From: Octopus vulgaris
Lineage: Eukaryota
DNA length: 64,000 nt
Assembly: GCA_951406725.2 (NCBI GenBank)
Contig: OX597830.1
Location: 51,832,001 to 51,896,000, forward strand
Direction of reading: 5' to 3'
The position numbers and the translations under genes were made by a program. Within the stretch, counting starts at the first letter, position 1. Each line of letters opens with the position of its first letter. This document shows positions 26,640 to 39,123 of this stretch, one piece after another. Below the pieces are notes generated by a model. The model was not told where the DNA came from and did no database searches. It worked only from the letters and a program-made list of their open reading frames with translations.

Positions 26640-27280
26640 ATTTAAGAAGCGGCATGCGCGTAGGTATTGGGTTAATTTGGCATGCCGAAGGTTTCTGCTC
26701 AGTGGGTGCCACGTCTTCAGACTCCTGCTCAGAAGCGCACCAGGTTGAGTACATCACTTTAAAATATGGTATTGCTTGAGGCAGATCCAGTTGATTTCCT
26801 TGAACATTTTTTAATTCAGGATCAGTGTTGGCCTCATCACTTTGAGCCAGTGACAAAACTACAATCCATACCGTGGAAACCATCCTCCTCACCTGTTCCA
26901 AAGAAGGTCGTTTCACCTGCAGGGAAGGTGGTGGCCTCAGCTTTCCGGCATGCAAAAACTATTGTGTTTATTGGCTATCTTGAAGAGAGCTACGTCAGCA
27001 ATGTAGAGTACTATCCCAACTTGCAGTTACAAGACCAAACGTTCAAAAAAATTAATGAAAGGTGTCTTGTTTCTTCTGCTCCAGTGCACATGCCATTGGT
27101 TTCAATGGCTGTTGCGCGTGATTGTGGCTTTAAAATAGTGTGATCACACTCCATATTCTACTCAACACCTGTTCTCAATACGTAAACAAATACCTGGCTG
27201 GTAAACCAGTATCATAATGATGATAGCGTCATATCTGCTTTTTTTTTAGTAACAGGTTGAAAGCTTTTTTCACCCACGTA
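26640..27280 (+). mobile_element. Mariner (DD34D-type) transposase relic
   Basis: WPHHFEPVTKLQS..WK..SSPVPKK..AGKVVAS matches the mariner WxHHxxPETKxQS..AGKVMASVFW signature. Confidence 0.8.
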
Positions 27281-27326
27281 CATAGGATTGTTTACTTCAT
27301 ACACGAAGTGAAATATATATGAAATG

Positions 27327-27327
27327 A

Positions 27328-27386
<59 letters not shown>

Positions 27387-27434
27387 GAATAATAATAATA
27401 ATAATAATAAAAATAATAATAATAATAATAAAAA

Positions 27435-27530
<96 letters not shown>
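27327..27530. repeat. (AAT)n microsatellite
   Basis: Read directly. Confidence 0.98.
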
Positions 27531-27532
<2 letters not shown>

Positions 27533-28339
27533 GCCGTGATGCAGTACCAGGCAGAGGCTCGCATGGCTTTTGCTCTCAACTGATTGGAAGTGTTATCATG
27601 TACTGATGGAAAGGAGGGAGGATGCGAATTTAGTCTTTTCGGAGCGGAAACCTTGTTCAGATGTTTGTGTTAGACTGAATATAGAATGCGAAGGATGACC
27701 TTTCGATCGCATTGTCTTACTAGTAGAATCCAGTGACCTCCTGAAAGCATTCCAAATGCCAAATGTCCAACCTCAACTTCAGTCTGTTTGACTCATGGCA
27801 GTGGCTTGGGCAAAGAGACGAGCTGCTACAGAGTTACAGACGTGTGAACGGAGGCCACGTCATTAACCGCCGTCATGCTAGTTCAGGTCAGCCTCACCAC
27901 TTGGCTGTTCATCTTCAGCGGGTACATATGTGTCCGACATTTCCAAAAGAAGCGAAAAAATCATGCGCAAATTGGTCGGTAGTACATACTTAAGAGTCGT
28001 GAACGTTAGACACCTCCGCTCGATCTTTTAGAGACAGCATATTCTGAACACATTTCTGAGTAAAATTAACTATCCTGCTCAAGAACACTTACCTTTTTTT
28101 CTGTACACTAAATATCCAGTCTGAGGAAAACCTTCTGTCCCACGACAGAACTGATGCTGGTATGGACTTGCGTCTCGAAGGAGTGCAAGTTCACCGACTA
28201 AACTTACACTTGTGTTTCTTTAATTTCCTGCGGTTGACCACCTCGATTTTCTCAAGTTACCCACACTGCGACAAAGACGTCGTCCGCGAAATCAGACACG
28301 GCTCTCACTGTGTCCTAATTCCAGCGACATAACTCTTTA

Positions 28340-29022
28340 TCCTTTTACTCTTTTACTTGTTTCAGATAATTTTTTTCTCAGCTGCAAATTGAATCTTTAT
28401 GCTCTCCAACAACATTGACCGTAATCTTCATCATGAAGGGTTATTAATTTCAAATTTCAAATTGGAAAATAATAACATATACATGTTTCTATGAATATGC
28501 ACAATCAACAGTATACACACTGATGCAAATAAAGATAACTCAACAGACCAGCGGAACATCTTGGCTACATTTACTAAATGCCCTCGAAGACATTTGTGAT
28601 TCTTTTGTATTATGACGACGTAGGATAAGTACTGCTTATACTGAAAACCTAATAAACCTGGAGCACCGCCTTTAGTCGAGCAAATCGATCCCAGGACCTT
28701 ATTCTTTGTAAGCCTCCTACTTATTCTATCGGTGTCTTTTGCCGAACCGCTAAATTACGGGGACGTAAACACACCAACATCGATTGTGAAGCAATGCTAG
28801 GGAGACAAACACAGACACAAAAACATACACACACATACATACATATGTATACATATATACGACGGGCTTCTTTCAGTTTCCGTCTACCAGATCCACTCAC
28901 AAGGCTTTGGTCGACCCGAGGCTATAGTAGAAGACACTTTCCCAAGGTGCCACACAGTGGGACTGAACCCGGAACCATGTGGTTCGTAAGCAAGCTACTG
29001 ACCACATAGCCACTCCTGCGCC
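28340..29022 (-). mobile_element. SINE family A interrupted by a 294-bp templated insertion
   Basis: Tail at 28340-28365, body resumes at 28658; the insert duplicates 25972-26258. Confidence 0.88.
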
Positions 29023-29595
29023 TATAACCTTCAATGTTTTTAATATCTGCAGCAAGTGACCCGAGCGCCAAAAGAAACAAGAGTGAGGAAGAGGTAATCT
29101 CGAAAGACTGAACACGTGACAAGAAACGTTTATCATAAATGAACCTCTTAGATTCGTGATAAAACAAACGCTGTTGTATATTATAGGGGGCCAGCTTTGT
29201 TAACAAGTGATATAGAGGAACGAATGTTTTTGTATATTATCACGACACTCACTCATTAATAGGCGATATCATAGAAACAAATTTCTCTGGACATTTTAAT
29301 GATTGATCCTCATTAATACGTAATAGCCTCAAAGTAAATCTTGCTATACATCAATGGTTCTGTCATATTTTTTATTTATGGGGGGGGGGGGGTCCTTCGA
29401 TTGCTATTTTATTCTGATGAGATCCCACACCATAGCCATTCGATGTTTGAAAATTAGTTCTAAATAAAGTTCTTTCAAAATTCTTTTTTTCCTTTTCACG
29501 CATCCACTTGTGTAGGTCTGCTATAGCACTCTCCAAGAGAAACATTCGCCGGGAACATGTTAAAATATGTAAATCGTTACAGAAAGAAACCTCGT

Positions 29596-30220
29596 CGTTT
29601 CTTGCAATGAATACATCTGGAGACGGCCTTCGGTCATCAATGACCATAGAACTGTACCTAGAAAGTTACCGAGAAAGGTTATTTATGGAAGACCAGCAGT
29701 CACCCATGTATACCAACCGCCCCTCTCCATGCCACTGATGTTATCCAAGAGAAAGGCAAAGGCCGATACAGCTTGGCACCAATGACGTCGCAACTAATTT
29801 CTTCAGCTGAGTGAACTGGAGCAACGTGAAGCAAAGTGTCTTGCTCAAGAGCACATCACATCATCATCATTGTTCGACCGTGGTCGAGACAATGGAATTT
29901 ACTATGTTACGCCAGACTTCACGGTCCATTAGAGCATTACGGAGGTCATGTTGCTGGATGCCTGTATCCCTGGAGATTACATCAGGGTAGGAGAGTGTGC
30001 GCCCTCTGGTATCGCGAGCAGATGGCTTCCAGAGGAGAAGAGTAGAAATTACCTCGTTTTCAGCTCTACAACAATGTCCAGCAAACTGGACTCTTCCACC
30101 TTTCACAAGAGATGATACAGGTGGTAGTTTCACACGGCACATTACACAGCTCAGACCTGGAATCGATCTCACAAGCTCATGATTGTGAGCCCGACGCTCT
30201 AACCGCTGAGCCATGTGCCT
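29596..30220 (-). mobile_element. CORE-like tRNA SINE (family D) with nested insertion
   Basis: Minus-strand head GGCACATGGCTCAGCGGTTAGAGCG...; core CTTGAGCAAGACACTTT...TTGCTCCAGTTCACTCAGCTG. Confidence 0.8.
29857..30048 (-). mobile_element. 3' end of an RTE-type LINE with (TGA)n tail
   Basis: C-terminal peptide GRTLSYPDVISRDTG...AL(M)DREVWRNIV followed by a stop and TGATGATGA. Confidence 0.75.
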
Positions 30221-33200
30221 TCATAATTAATACATCTGGAGCAAAGCTTTTTCGTGAAACCGCTAATACCACTGCGCACCGCTAATTCACTAATTTGCTT
30301 TGAGCAGACTCCCATACACTTTATATAAAACCACAGGGATCACATTGACCCCGGTTGATAACCACTGCTGTATATTGTAATAATCCACTTTCGTTAATAA
30401 GTAATATCATATTAACTGATGTTACTGTATACTGTAATGATCCAACCTCGTTTATAAGTGATATAGCATGGGAATAAATATTGCTGTATATTGTAGCACA
30501 GCACCTTCGTTAATAAGTGATACTTCGTAAGACATCAAAAGTTTAAGGAATAAATATTTAGTACGGCATGTTTCGCAAGTAAAGAAGTTCAAGCGACGGC
30601 ATTTAAACTTTCTACGAAGAGGTGTTGTAATTGGAATCGTTATTGCTATTAGGGTGTAAGGAAGGAAATCATTCGGAATATCTACGAGTCTAATTCAACA
30701 TTACTTTACTTTTATAAACATAGAATTGTTTCGTCAAGTCTTTCATGGACTTTACTGCGTGGCATAGTTTCAATTAGTTTCAAATTCACAGGAGCATTTA
30801 TTTCCAGATAATGTAATTCTTGTTTTTACAGAACCAAAATTCTAAAGGCTGGTCTCTCTCTAACCGTTCCCACTTCGCACACATACTCCATCTCAGCCCC
30901 TCACGCTTACTCTCTCTCTTTCTCTTTCTGTCTCCGTCACTCACTCTATCTCCTCACTCTCTCACTGTCTGCATGTGTGTGTATCTGTGTGTATGTGTGT
31001 GTGTGTATGCGTGCGTACGAGCGTGCATGTGTGTGAGTTTGCGTGTGTCTATGTGTGTGCGTGTGTGTGTGTGTATGTGTGTGCGTGTGTGTGTGTGTGT
31101 GTGCCTGTGTGCGTGCGTGAGTGGGTTTCCCTCTACACAAAATAATTGCCGTCAACATTATATCGCATAGTTTAGAGTGCTGACCACATCAACGGAATAT
31201 CGGTATTCAAAACGAAGGTTCGAGAGTTCGAATTTCTCTGTAGTCTGTAGCTTGTTCAGTTAGGACATTTATGTGCAACATTTGACTCATAAACTAAATT
31301 TACCTTTCGCGCCATACCTACGTCTATGTGTATATATAGAAACACACCATATGTGTGTCTGAGTATATATAGAAACGGAAACACTCATATATACAGATAT
31401 ATATGCATCACATACATAAATGCATGTGTGTGTGTATGTATGTGTATGTATGTGTGTGCGTATTCATGCATACACGTATGTACGTATGTTCATGTATCTG
31501 TGCGTATGATGCCAGGAAAGCGCCCCCTAGAATAATCGAGAATTAACTAAACAGAAAGAAGCTTTTACAGATGGCCTTTAGCATATTTGTGTGTATGTAA
31601 GTGCATGTGAAGGTGTGTGAGTATGCGTATGTGTGAGTGTGTGTGCGTGTGTGTGTGTGCGTGTGTGTGCCTCTCTCTATGTATGTGTGTATGTCTGTGT
31701 GTGTATTAGTGTGTGCATGTGTTTGTGTGTGTGTGTGTGAGTGTGTGTGCGTGTGTGTCTCTCTCTATGTATGTGTGTATGTCTGTGTGTGTGTGCATGT
31801 GTTTGTGTGTGTATGCAGTGCATGTAAGCATGTAGTTAAAAGTTCTTTTCACAAGCACGTTGATTCATGTTTCGATCCTTGTGGCGGCACTTTAGGCAAC
31901 AGGCTTCTCCTCTGAACACTGCTTGCTCAATAACTTGTAAGTTGGTTGACTTCCAAGAAGTTCTATCATGGGTTTATTTTATAAGCTGTAAACCTGCTTT
32001 CCATATATAAACACTTCGTCTGTTTTAGCTCTAACATCATTTGTTGCTTCTAACAAGGTCTGCTTTCTTGGAAATAAGAATTTAGACGAGAGATCCTCTC
32101 CTCAGATGATAGAATTCTTTATTTCTCCCACCAAATTCTCAGAACTTAAAAAACAACAAGGTTTCCACCCTTTCTCCCATTCATAGATAAATAACTTTCA
32201 AATCTATATTCAAAAAGCAATGTTTGTTAAATTTTATTTTCACTGTTTGATCTTTTAAGGAGGCGTGCTGACGGAATTGTAGGTGCATCCAACAAAAAGT
32301 ATAGCAGTATTTCTTCAGGCTCTTTATGTTCTGAGATCAAATACTGCCGAGGTAAACTTCGCCTTTCTTCCTTTTGGGATTAATATAACTGCACCAATCA
32401 ATTACTCATGTCAATGTGATCAACTTACACCCCATCTACCGTTGAAATTGCTGACGTTGTGCCAAGTTTGAAACAAATTTTAAGAATTTTGCAGGATGAA
32501 TTCATAGCTGTTGGCATAAGAAATTCACTTCGCAACTGCATAGTTTTGGGTTCAATTCCACTGCGTGGCACTTTGGCCAATTGTATTCCAGCAGAATCTC
32601 AGATTAAACAAAGCGTTGGGACTGAAATTTTATAGAGGAGAATTGTCGGGAATTTTATCTGTAGAACCATTCCAGTTTTAAGTGTTATACTTATATCCTT
32701 AATTTTTTGGTATAATAACACTGCCTTTAGCTGAAACCATTATTACAATTTCGAGACAAGTTTCAGGTCTGAGGATAAGTTCCTTCCACCCACAGATCTT
32801 GGAAGTCCTTGAGAAAGGGTCACGGGAACTGTCCTTCGCCCTCTGTTTGGGCGATAAAGAAACAAAACACCAAGTTCAGTATAATATTTTCAATGAAAGA
32901 TCTTTTTTGTGTGTGTGATTTCACAGCCTGTATTCATTCGTTCGTTCAATTATGGTTGACTTTACACTCTTTAATGTGACGAAGTACAATAAGAGTTACT
33001 AACTTTATTCGTACTAACGATACCATGAAACTTATAGCAGTTTTTTTTAACGCCTTAAACACCATACGTGACATATCAGCTTTGTTATACAAACAGCTTT
33101 GATAGGTACTGTTAAAGATACAATACCAGGTGTGGCTGAATAAAAAGTCGGTGATTAATGAAGCTTTGGTATCATGACAATAGTTGCGTGACGAAAACTA

Positions 33201-34672
33201 GTTGTTTACATTGATACAGAATGAGTTTCCACTGTGTGTTGAGTTCAAAACTACATTTTAGGACGCCGCCCCAGCTAATGCTACGCTTTACCCATGAGTC
33301 CAACGAAGACCTCCTTCTCGTTATCCCCTTAAATATCTTTAGATATTTATAGCTTTCATTGTTTCGCTCCCAAGTTAGCTCTGATCGAGAACACATGACT
33401 CATGAACTTAGGAATGAATTCCTTCCGTCTTCAATTGACGTAATACACCCAATACTCTATTATTTGATGTTTGCTTACTTCTTTTTCAGACAGCAGGTCG
33501 AGTGCGTGTATTCAGATAAATTTGCTTTCAACAGCTAACAATCGAACAGGCTCTATTCATTCTACTGAACCAGGTCAAAAGGCTGTATATGAATAAAAAC
33601 ATTTTCATAGGTTCTTCCCTCATATCTATTGTACAGTGTAATATTTTACCATATCATGTCGAAAGCTTACATAAATGCAGAATACGTTCTCAAGATTCAA
33701 GAGACTTTCAGACATACGCATCAGTTCCATTGGAATAAAAGATGTAAGCATAGGGAAGGCGAATCCAAACTCTGAGTAAGGGCAGTCTGAATAAAGTCAC
33801 TTTGACTTTTAATAAAGGGTCAAAGCTGTCTATTTTAAAACTGTAATCGAATATATCCACTCCAGATTCATAATGTATTTCAGGGAAGAGAGAAGGACGA
33901 AAAGCAAAGTTGATTTCAGTGGGAATTGGTTTAGAGCGTGAAAGTATATAACGAAAAACTGCAAAAGATTTTCTAATATTCTAACCAATTCTAGCAATCC
34001 ACAGATTTTTATCTCAAGTAACGTTCATTTGCGATATTGAGCACAAATGTAATGAGGTGTAATCGATTAATTAGAATACTTGGTTGATAATTTATAATAT
34101 GGACCCCAGAGTGGTGAAGAGGAAAATTAACTCCGATGAAATGCAAAATCAGATCATAAAGAAAAATATGAAAATACCAGAAGGTAGTTTAACATTTTAC
34201 GAGTTGTGCCAACCCACCATGGTCTTCACTTATTGTCAATCAAATCTAAATTAATATTTAATCGTAAGTTTATTAAACACGATTATTTATCGAGTAAGAT
34301 AGATTTCCGACCTCTATTTAGCCAGGAATATAATATTTTCAGGAATCAAGATTTATCAGATTTGCTATGATGGAATCTTCTCCAGTTATACGTTGAATTT
34401 CTACAGAAATATTACACTTTCATTAACCAATTAACCAAGGTTTAATACGGAAGATGAGACCGAGCAAATGATTGATATCAGGTAACAAGAACAGTTTATT
34501 GTTAGCTGGGCAATACATGGATGTTATTACAGTGTGATCCATAAAATGCTTAACAGTGTATGTGTGTGTTCATGTGTATGCGTGTGCGTGAGTTCATAAT
34601 TTTGTATGTGTTTACGTTCGTGTGTGCGTGCGTCCACATCATAATTGTCGTAATATTCAGAAAAGTTATATG

Positions 34673-34811
34673 CGTAGGAGTGGCTGTCTGGTAAGTAGCA
34701 TGCTTACGAACCACATGGTTCCGGTTCTGTCCCACTGCGTGGCACCTTGGGCCAGTGTCTTCTACTATAGCCTCGGGCCGACCAAAGCCTTGTGAGTGGA
34801 TTTGGTAGACG
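34673..34811 (+). mobile_element. SINE family A, 5' part
   Basis: Head and core match other copies; truncated at GGTAGACG. Confidence 0.85.
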
Positions 34812-34997
34812 GGCAGCATCAACAAAACGTTTAAGATACTAGTAGGATGTTGACGAAAACGCAGAAGGAAAACAACGTCATCTAGGAAAGTATGAATGAA
34901 TGATCCTCGGCGTAAAAAATACTGCGCAGCACTGAAGATCTTGATAATCACTTGCATAAGTAAGCATGTATGCACATAGACAGACAGACAGACATAC

Positions 34998-35036
<39 letters not shown>

Positions 35037-35037
35037 C

Positions 35038-35116
<79 letters not shown>

Positions 35117-35190
35117 CAGATAGATAGACAGGCAGACAGATAGACAGACAGATAAGACAGATAGACATACAGACAGATAGACAGACAGAC

Positions 35191-35225
<35 letters not shown>

Positions 35226-35258
35226 TAGACAGACAGACAGATAGACAGACAGACAGAC

Positions 35259-35336
<78 letters not shown>

Positions 35337-35662
35337 CTTTCTTTTATTAGCCACACAGGGCTGAATACAGAGGGGACAAATACAAATGCAGAGCTTTTCT
35401 TTTCGAGGGTGGAAAAAAAGAAAATAAATGTAAGATTGCGATCAAAAGGGATCGAGAGGAGAAAAAAAGAAAAGAAATCGTGTATCACAGAAGTAATGAT
35501 AAAAACATTGATATAACAAGATTGGGTTCATCCGTGGGAAGAAAAGCCTACAGAAAAGACCACGGGAACCTCAGCCAGGGAGGAAATAACCACATGAGAT
35601 CAAAATGCTCTCTTTCGTTCTTTTTTACGATCTACAGGATCATGCTCAAAATGGTTTCGTCA

Positions 35663-38600
35663 CTAGCACGCACCATCTTTGCAACATTCACCCATCTTTT
35701 TTTTAATCTTTCGCGAGACAAAACTTCTCACCTTCCTTTTCAAGTGGTACTTGAAAAAGTTGATGAGCGATTGGCCAGAGAGGTAAGTGTTTGTCTCTAA
35801 TCCTTTCGCTCGGGTCCACCACACACATTCTTTCACCATGGCCACCAGTACGATGAAAACTGCCTTGCCTTCCCGGTTGAGGGAAGGGGGCGGAGCAATT
35901 CTCACTATATACTCGGCCGATAGGCGGATTCGTCCCACACGTGACAGCAGCCGTTCGGCATAAGCCCACAGGTCTGAAATGGTTGGACATTGCACGAGTG
36001 CGTGCAGAACGGTTTCGTCGCTCTGACCGCATCTCGGGCAAGTCGGTCCAGTGTGTCTGGAACCGTGTCTGTAGAGCTTATCCCGAACAGGTAATGCTTC
36101 TCGATAGCACTGCCAGGCCAGTGATCTTTGGTGATTGTTCGTAGGTCCCGGCCCGAAAGTTGTCCTGAACAGGCGGGTCAGGTGTTCCTCGTCGACGCCC
36201 AGACTCTGCCCGAGTTCGTCGTCGCACCTCCCCTCCACTAATCCTCTATAGAATGCCTTTGTTGTGATGGAGTCGCACAAGTTCGATCCCGGACGGCAGA
36301 GTTGCTTGAGAGCAACGCGACACTCGCGGTGCCATTCGCCTAGCCTCGGTCTCTGCTTGATCCATGACTGTAGTTCGTCCAAGGAGACGAGCTGCGGGAA
36401 AGCGCGCCGCACAAAAGGTGACCACACCTGTCCACCGTTGTCTATGAAGCGCCGGAGATGTCGCAGTCTCAGCGCATGTCTGCGCATCATCAACCACGGC
36501 ATGCCCAGCCCTCCATTTAGCGGGTGTTGACAGCAAATGGATCGCCTAACCATCGGAACGTTTCCCTTCCACAAGAAGCGGAAGATTATACGTTCCAGTT
36601 TGGTGATGGTAGGGTCGGGACAAGGCACGACGGTCAGACGATACTCGATGACGGATGCGATGTACGCGTTCGCCACCTCCGCCCGACCTTTTAGGGATAG
36701 CTTTCTCTCAGCCCATTTCTGGGTGAGAGTAGCCACCCTAGTCGTTATCTCGCCCCAGTTCTTCTCCATTTGGAGGTCCGGACCGAACCAGACCCCGAGC
36801 AATTTAACCGGTCCGTCCGTCCAGCGTCCCACGATGGAGACGCTGTTGGACGGCATGGGCTTGCTTCTCCAGGTGCCGAGCCGCAAGCCCACTGACTTTT
36901 CCCGGTTAATTTTTGCTCCCGTTACCGCTTCGTATTCTTTTAGTGTCTCGCCGACCAGCTCGATGTGCTAGTAGCTCGACACTATGACGGTGACGTCATC
37001 CGCGTATGCAGACACGCTCCTCCCGCATCCCAGCTCTCGTGGGATGCCCCTCAGCGTCGCCAGTTTCCGCAGTAGTGGCTCAAGAATCAATACATACAGC
37101 AGCGATGAGAGGGGGCATCCCTGATGAACCGAACGCATGATGTTAAAAGGTCTGGATAGATGACCATTTACGCGAACTACTGAGCGGATGCCGCTGTATA
37201 AGGCAGCGATCCAACCGCGGAAAATGGACCGAAACCAGCCGCTTTAAGGACAGCCTCCAAGTAGTGATGGTCTACCCTATCGAAGGCTTTTGATTGATCA
37301 AAATTGATCAGCGCCCCACCCATGCCAGGATTCTTAACTACCCTGTCTATGATGTAGCGCATCAGATGGAGGTTGTCATGAATACTTCTACCCGGCACGG
37401 CGCATGTTTGCGCCTTGTCGATTAGTTTCATGATGACAAGCGCCAAACTCTCGGCTAACACCTTGGCCAAAATTTTCAAATCTGCGTTGAGCAGAGTGAT
37501 GGGCCTGAAATTATCTATGACGTCCCCCTTGTTTGGGTCTTTCTTAATCAGTGCCACTGCTCATCGCTTTACAAAAGCAGGAATACTCCCGTTTTGCTGC
37601 CAGTTGCAGTAGACAGCTGCCAAGACGCCTCCAAACAAGTCTGGCATATGAAAATAAAGTTCGTAGGGCAGACCATCCAAGCCTGGTGACTTGTCTCTCG
37701 CGCAGCCTACCATCGCATCCTGTACGTCCGCAGCTGTGATAGGCCTTTCACAAGACTCCACCTCTCTTGCTGAGAGTCGTGGCAAGGCATGCAGGTAGGC
37801 ACTAAAGTCCACTCTGCGTTCTGACTCACCACTTGACCCAAACAGTTGGGTGAAGTGTTGTTGAAAAGCCCCACACATCCTTTTAAGCTCGAGCAATTCG
37901 CGCCCCTGTTCATCTATAAGAGACTTGATGGTGGCTCTGTTGCCTCGTTGCGTCTCCACCACTCGGGCCTCTTGGGCGGCTCCAACTCCTTCGTTCCTCA
38001 GAGCACGCATCCTAGCTCTGACAACGCATCCCTCGTGTTTGGCGTTGAGGTGTTGGTCGAGGGCCAATCTCGCCGCCAGCACGTTGGACGCGATGTCAGT
38101 TCTAAGTGCCTCTTCTAAAACCTTAACTAATTCTCCCTCTATTCTATTTCGGTCTAATGCTAGGGCTCTACTGTATCTGACTGATTCTGCTTTAATTGCT
38201 TTTTATAGGGCATACCACCATCTGTTGTTGATGATGGTACCCGTCAAAGCTCTCTTAACTAATGTGCTGATCCGGTCCCTGTAAACCTGTCGTGCTGTAA
38301 AAGACGCGTTCAGTTTCCAGTAACCAGGACCCTGCCTATGTGTCTTATCTAAGTCAAGTGTACAAGTCACAAACTTGTGATCTGTGTAACTGACTATATG
38401 AAATTGTGGACAACCTACACTATTTTTATCTATTGTCCTACAGAATACTCTATCTAAGTATGATCTGGACGACCCGATGCGGTTACTCCATGTCCACATT
38501 GGCACATTCGGGTGGTCCAGTCGGTACCTGTCAGACAGTTGGAAACGTCTGAGCAGGTCTTTGAGGCATTTGCATCCCCTTCTATTGCTATCTCTGCCCA

Positions 38601-39057
38601 CGTAGTCTAGATGCGTGTCCAGGGTGGCATTCCAATCCCCCACTAAAAGTAAAGGACGAAACGTTCCCATGAAAGACTCTAGACGTCGAAAGAAATCTGG
38701 TCGGCCTGTTAAGGACGGAGCATAAACTGCTATCAGTCGAAAAGCACACTCATTGCTGCCATCGACATTCAAAACGACCAGCCTACCCTCCGGGTCTAGG
38801 AAATTTGCTCTTACTTTGAGATCCAGACTCTTCCGGATAAGCACCGCGGTGCCACCTCCGCCCATTCTCGGTAGACACGGAGAAAAATAAATGTTGAAAT
38901 GTGTACCGAAAATGTGCTGGAGTGCCCGCAAGCTGTGGAGTCTGGTCTCACTGATGGCTATGATATTCAGATTTAGTGACTTGATGTCATTTAACAGGTA
39001 GCCTTGTTTCCAAGGCGACCCCAAGCCACGTACATTTATACTGCCTATTCTGAGCAT
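35663..39057 (-). pseudogene. LINE ORF2 (APE endonuclease, reverse transcriptase, CCHC)
   Basis: GSINVRGL, VYAP, GDWN, SYLD, TDH, KSPGLDG, FRPITLLNADLKI, KAFDRV, QGCPLS, AYADD and CPRC..HAL..C; a few stops and frameshifts. Confidence 0.92.
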
Positions 39058-39123
39058 GTTCCGATAAAATTGTGTTTTACACACGAAAAGAAAGTGCAAA
39101 AAAGGAAAGAGAGAGAGAAAAGG

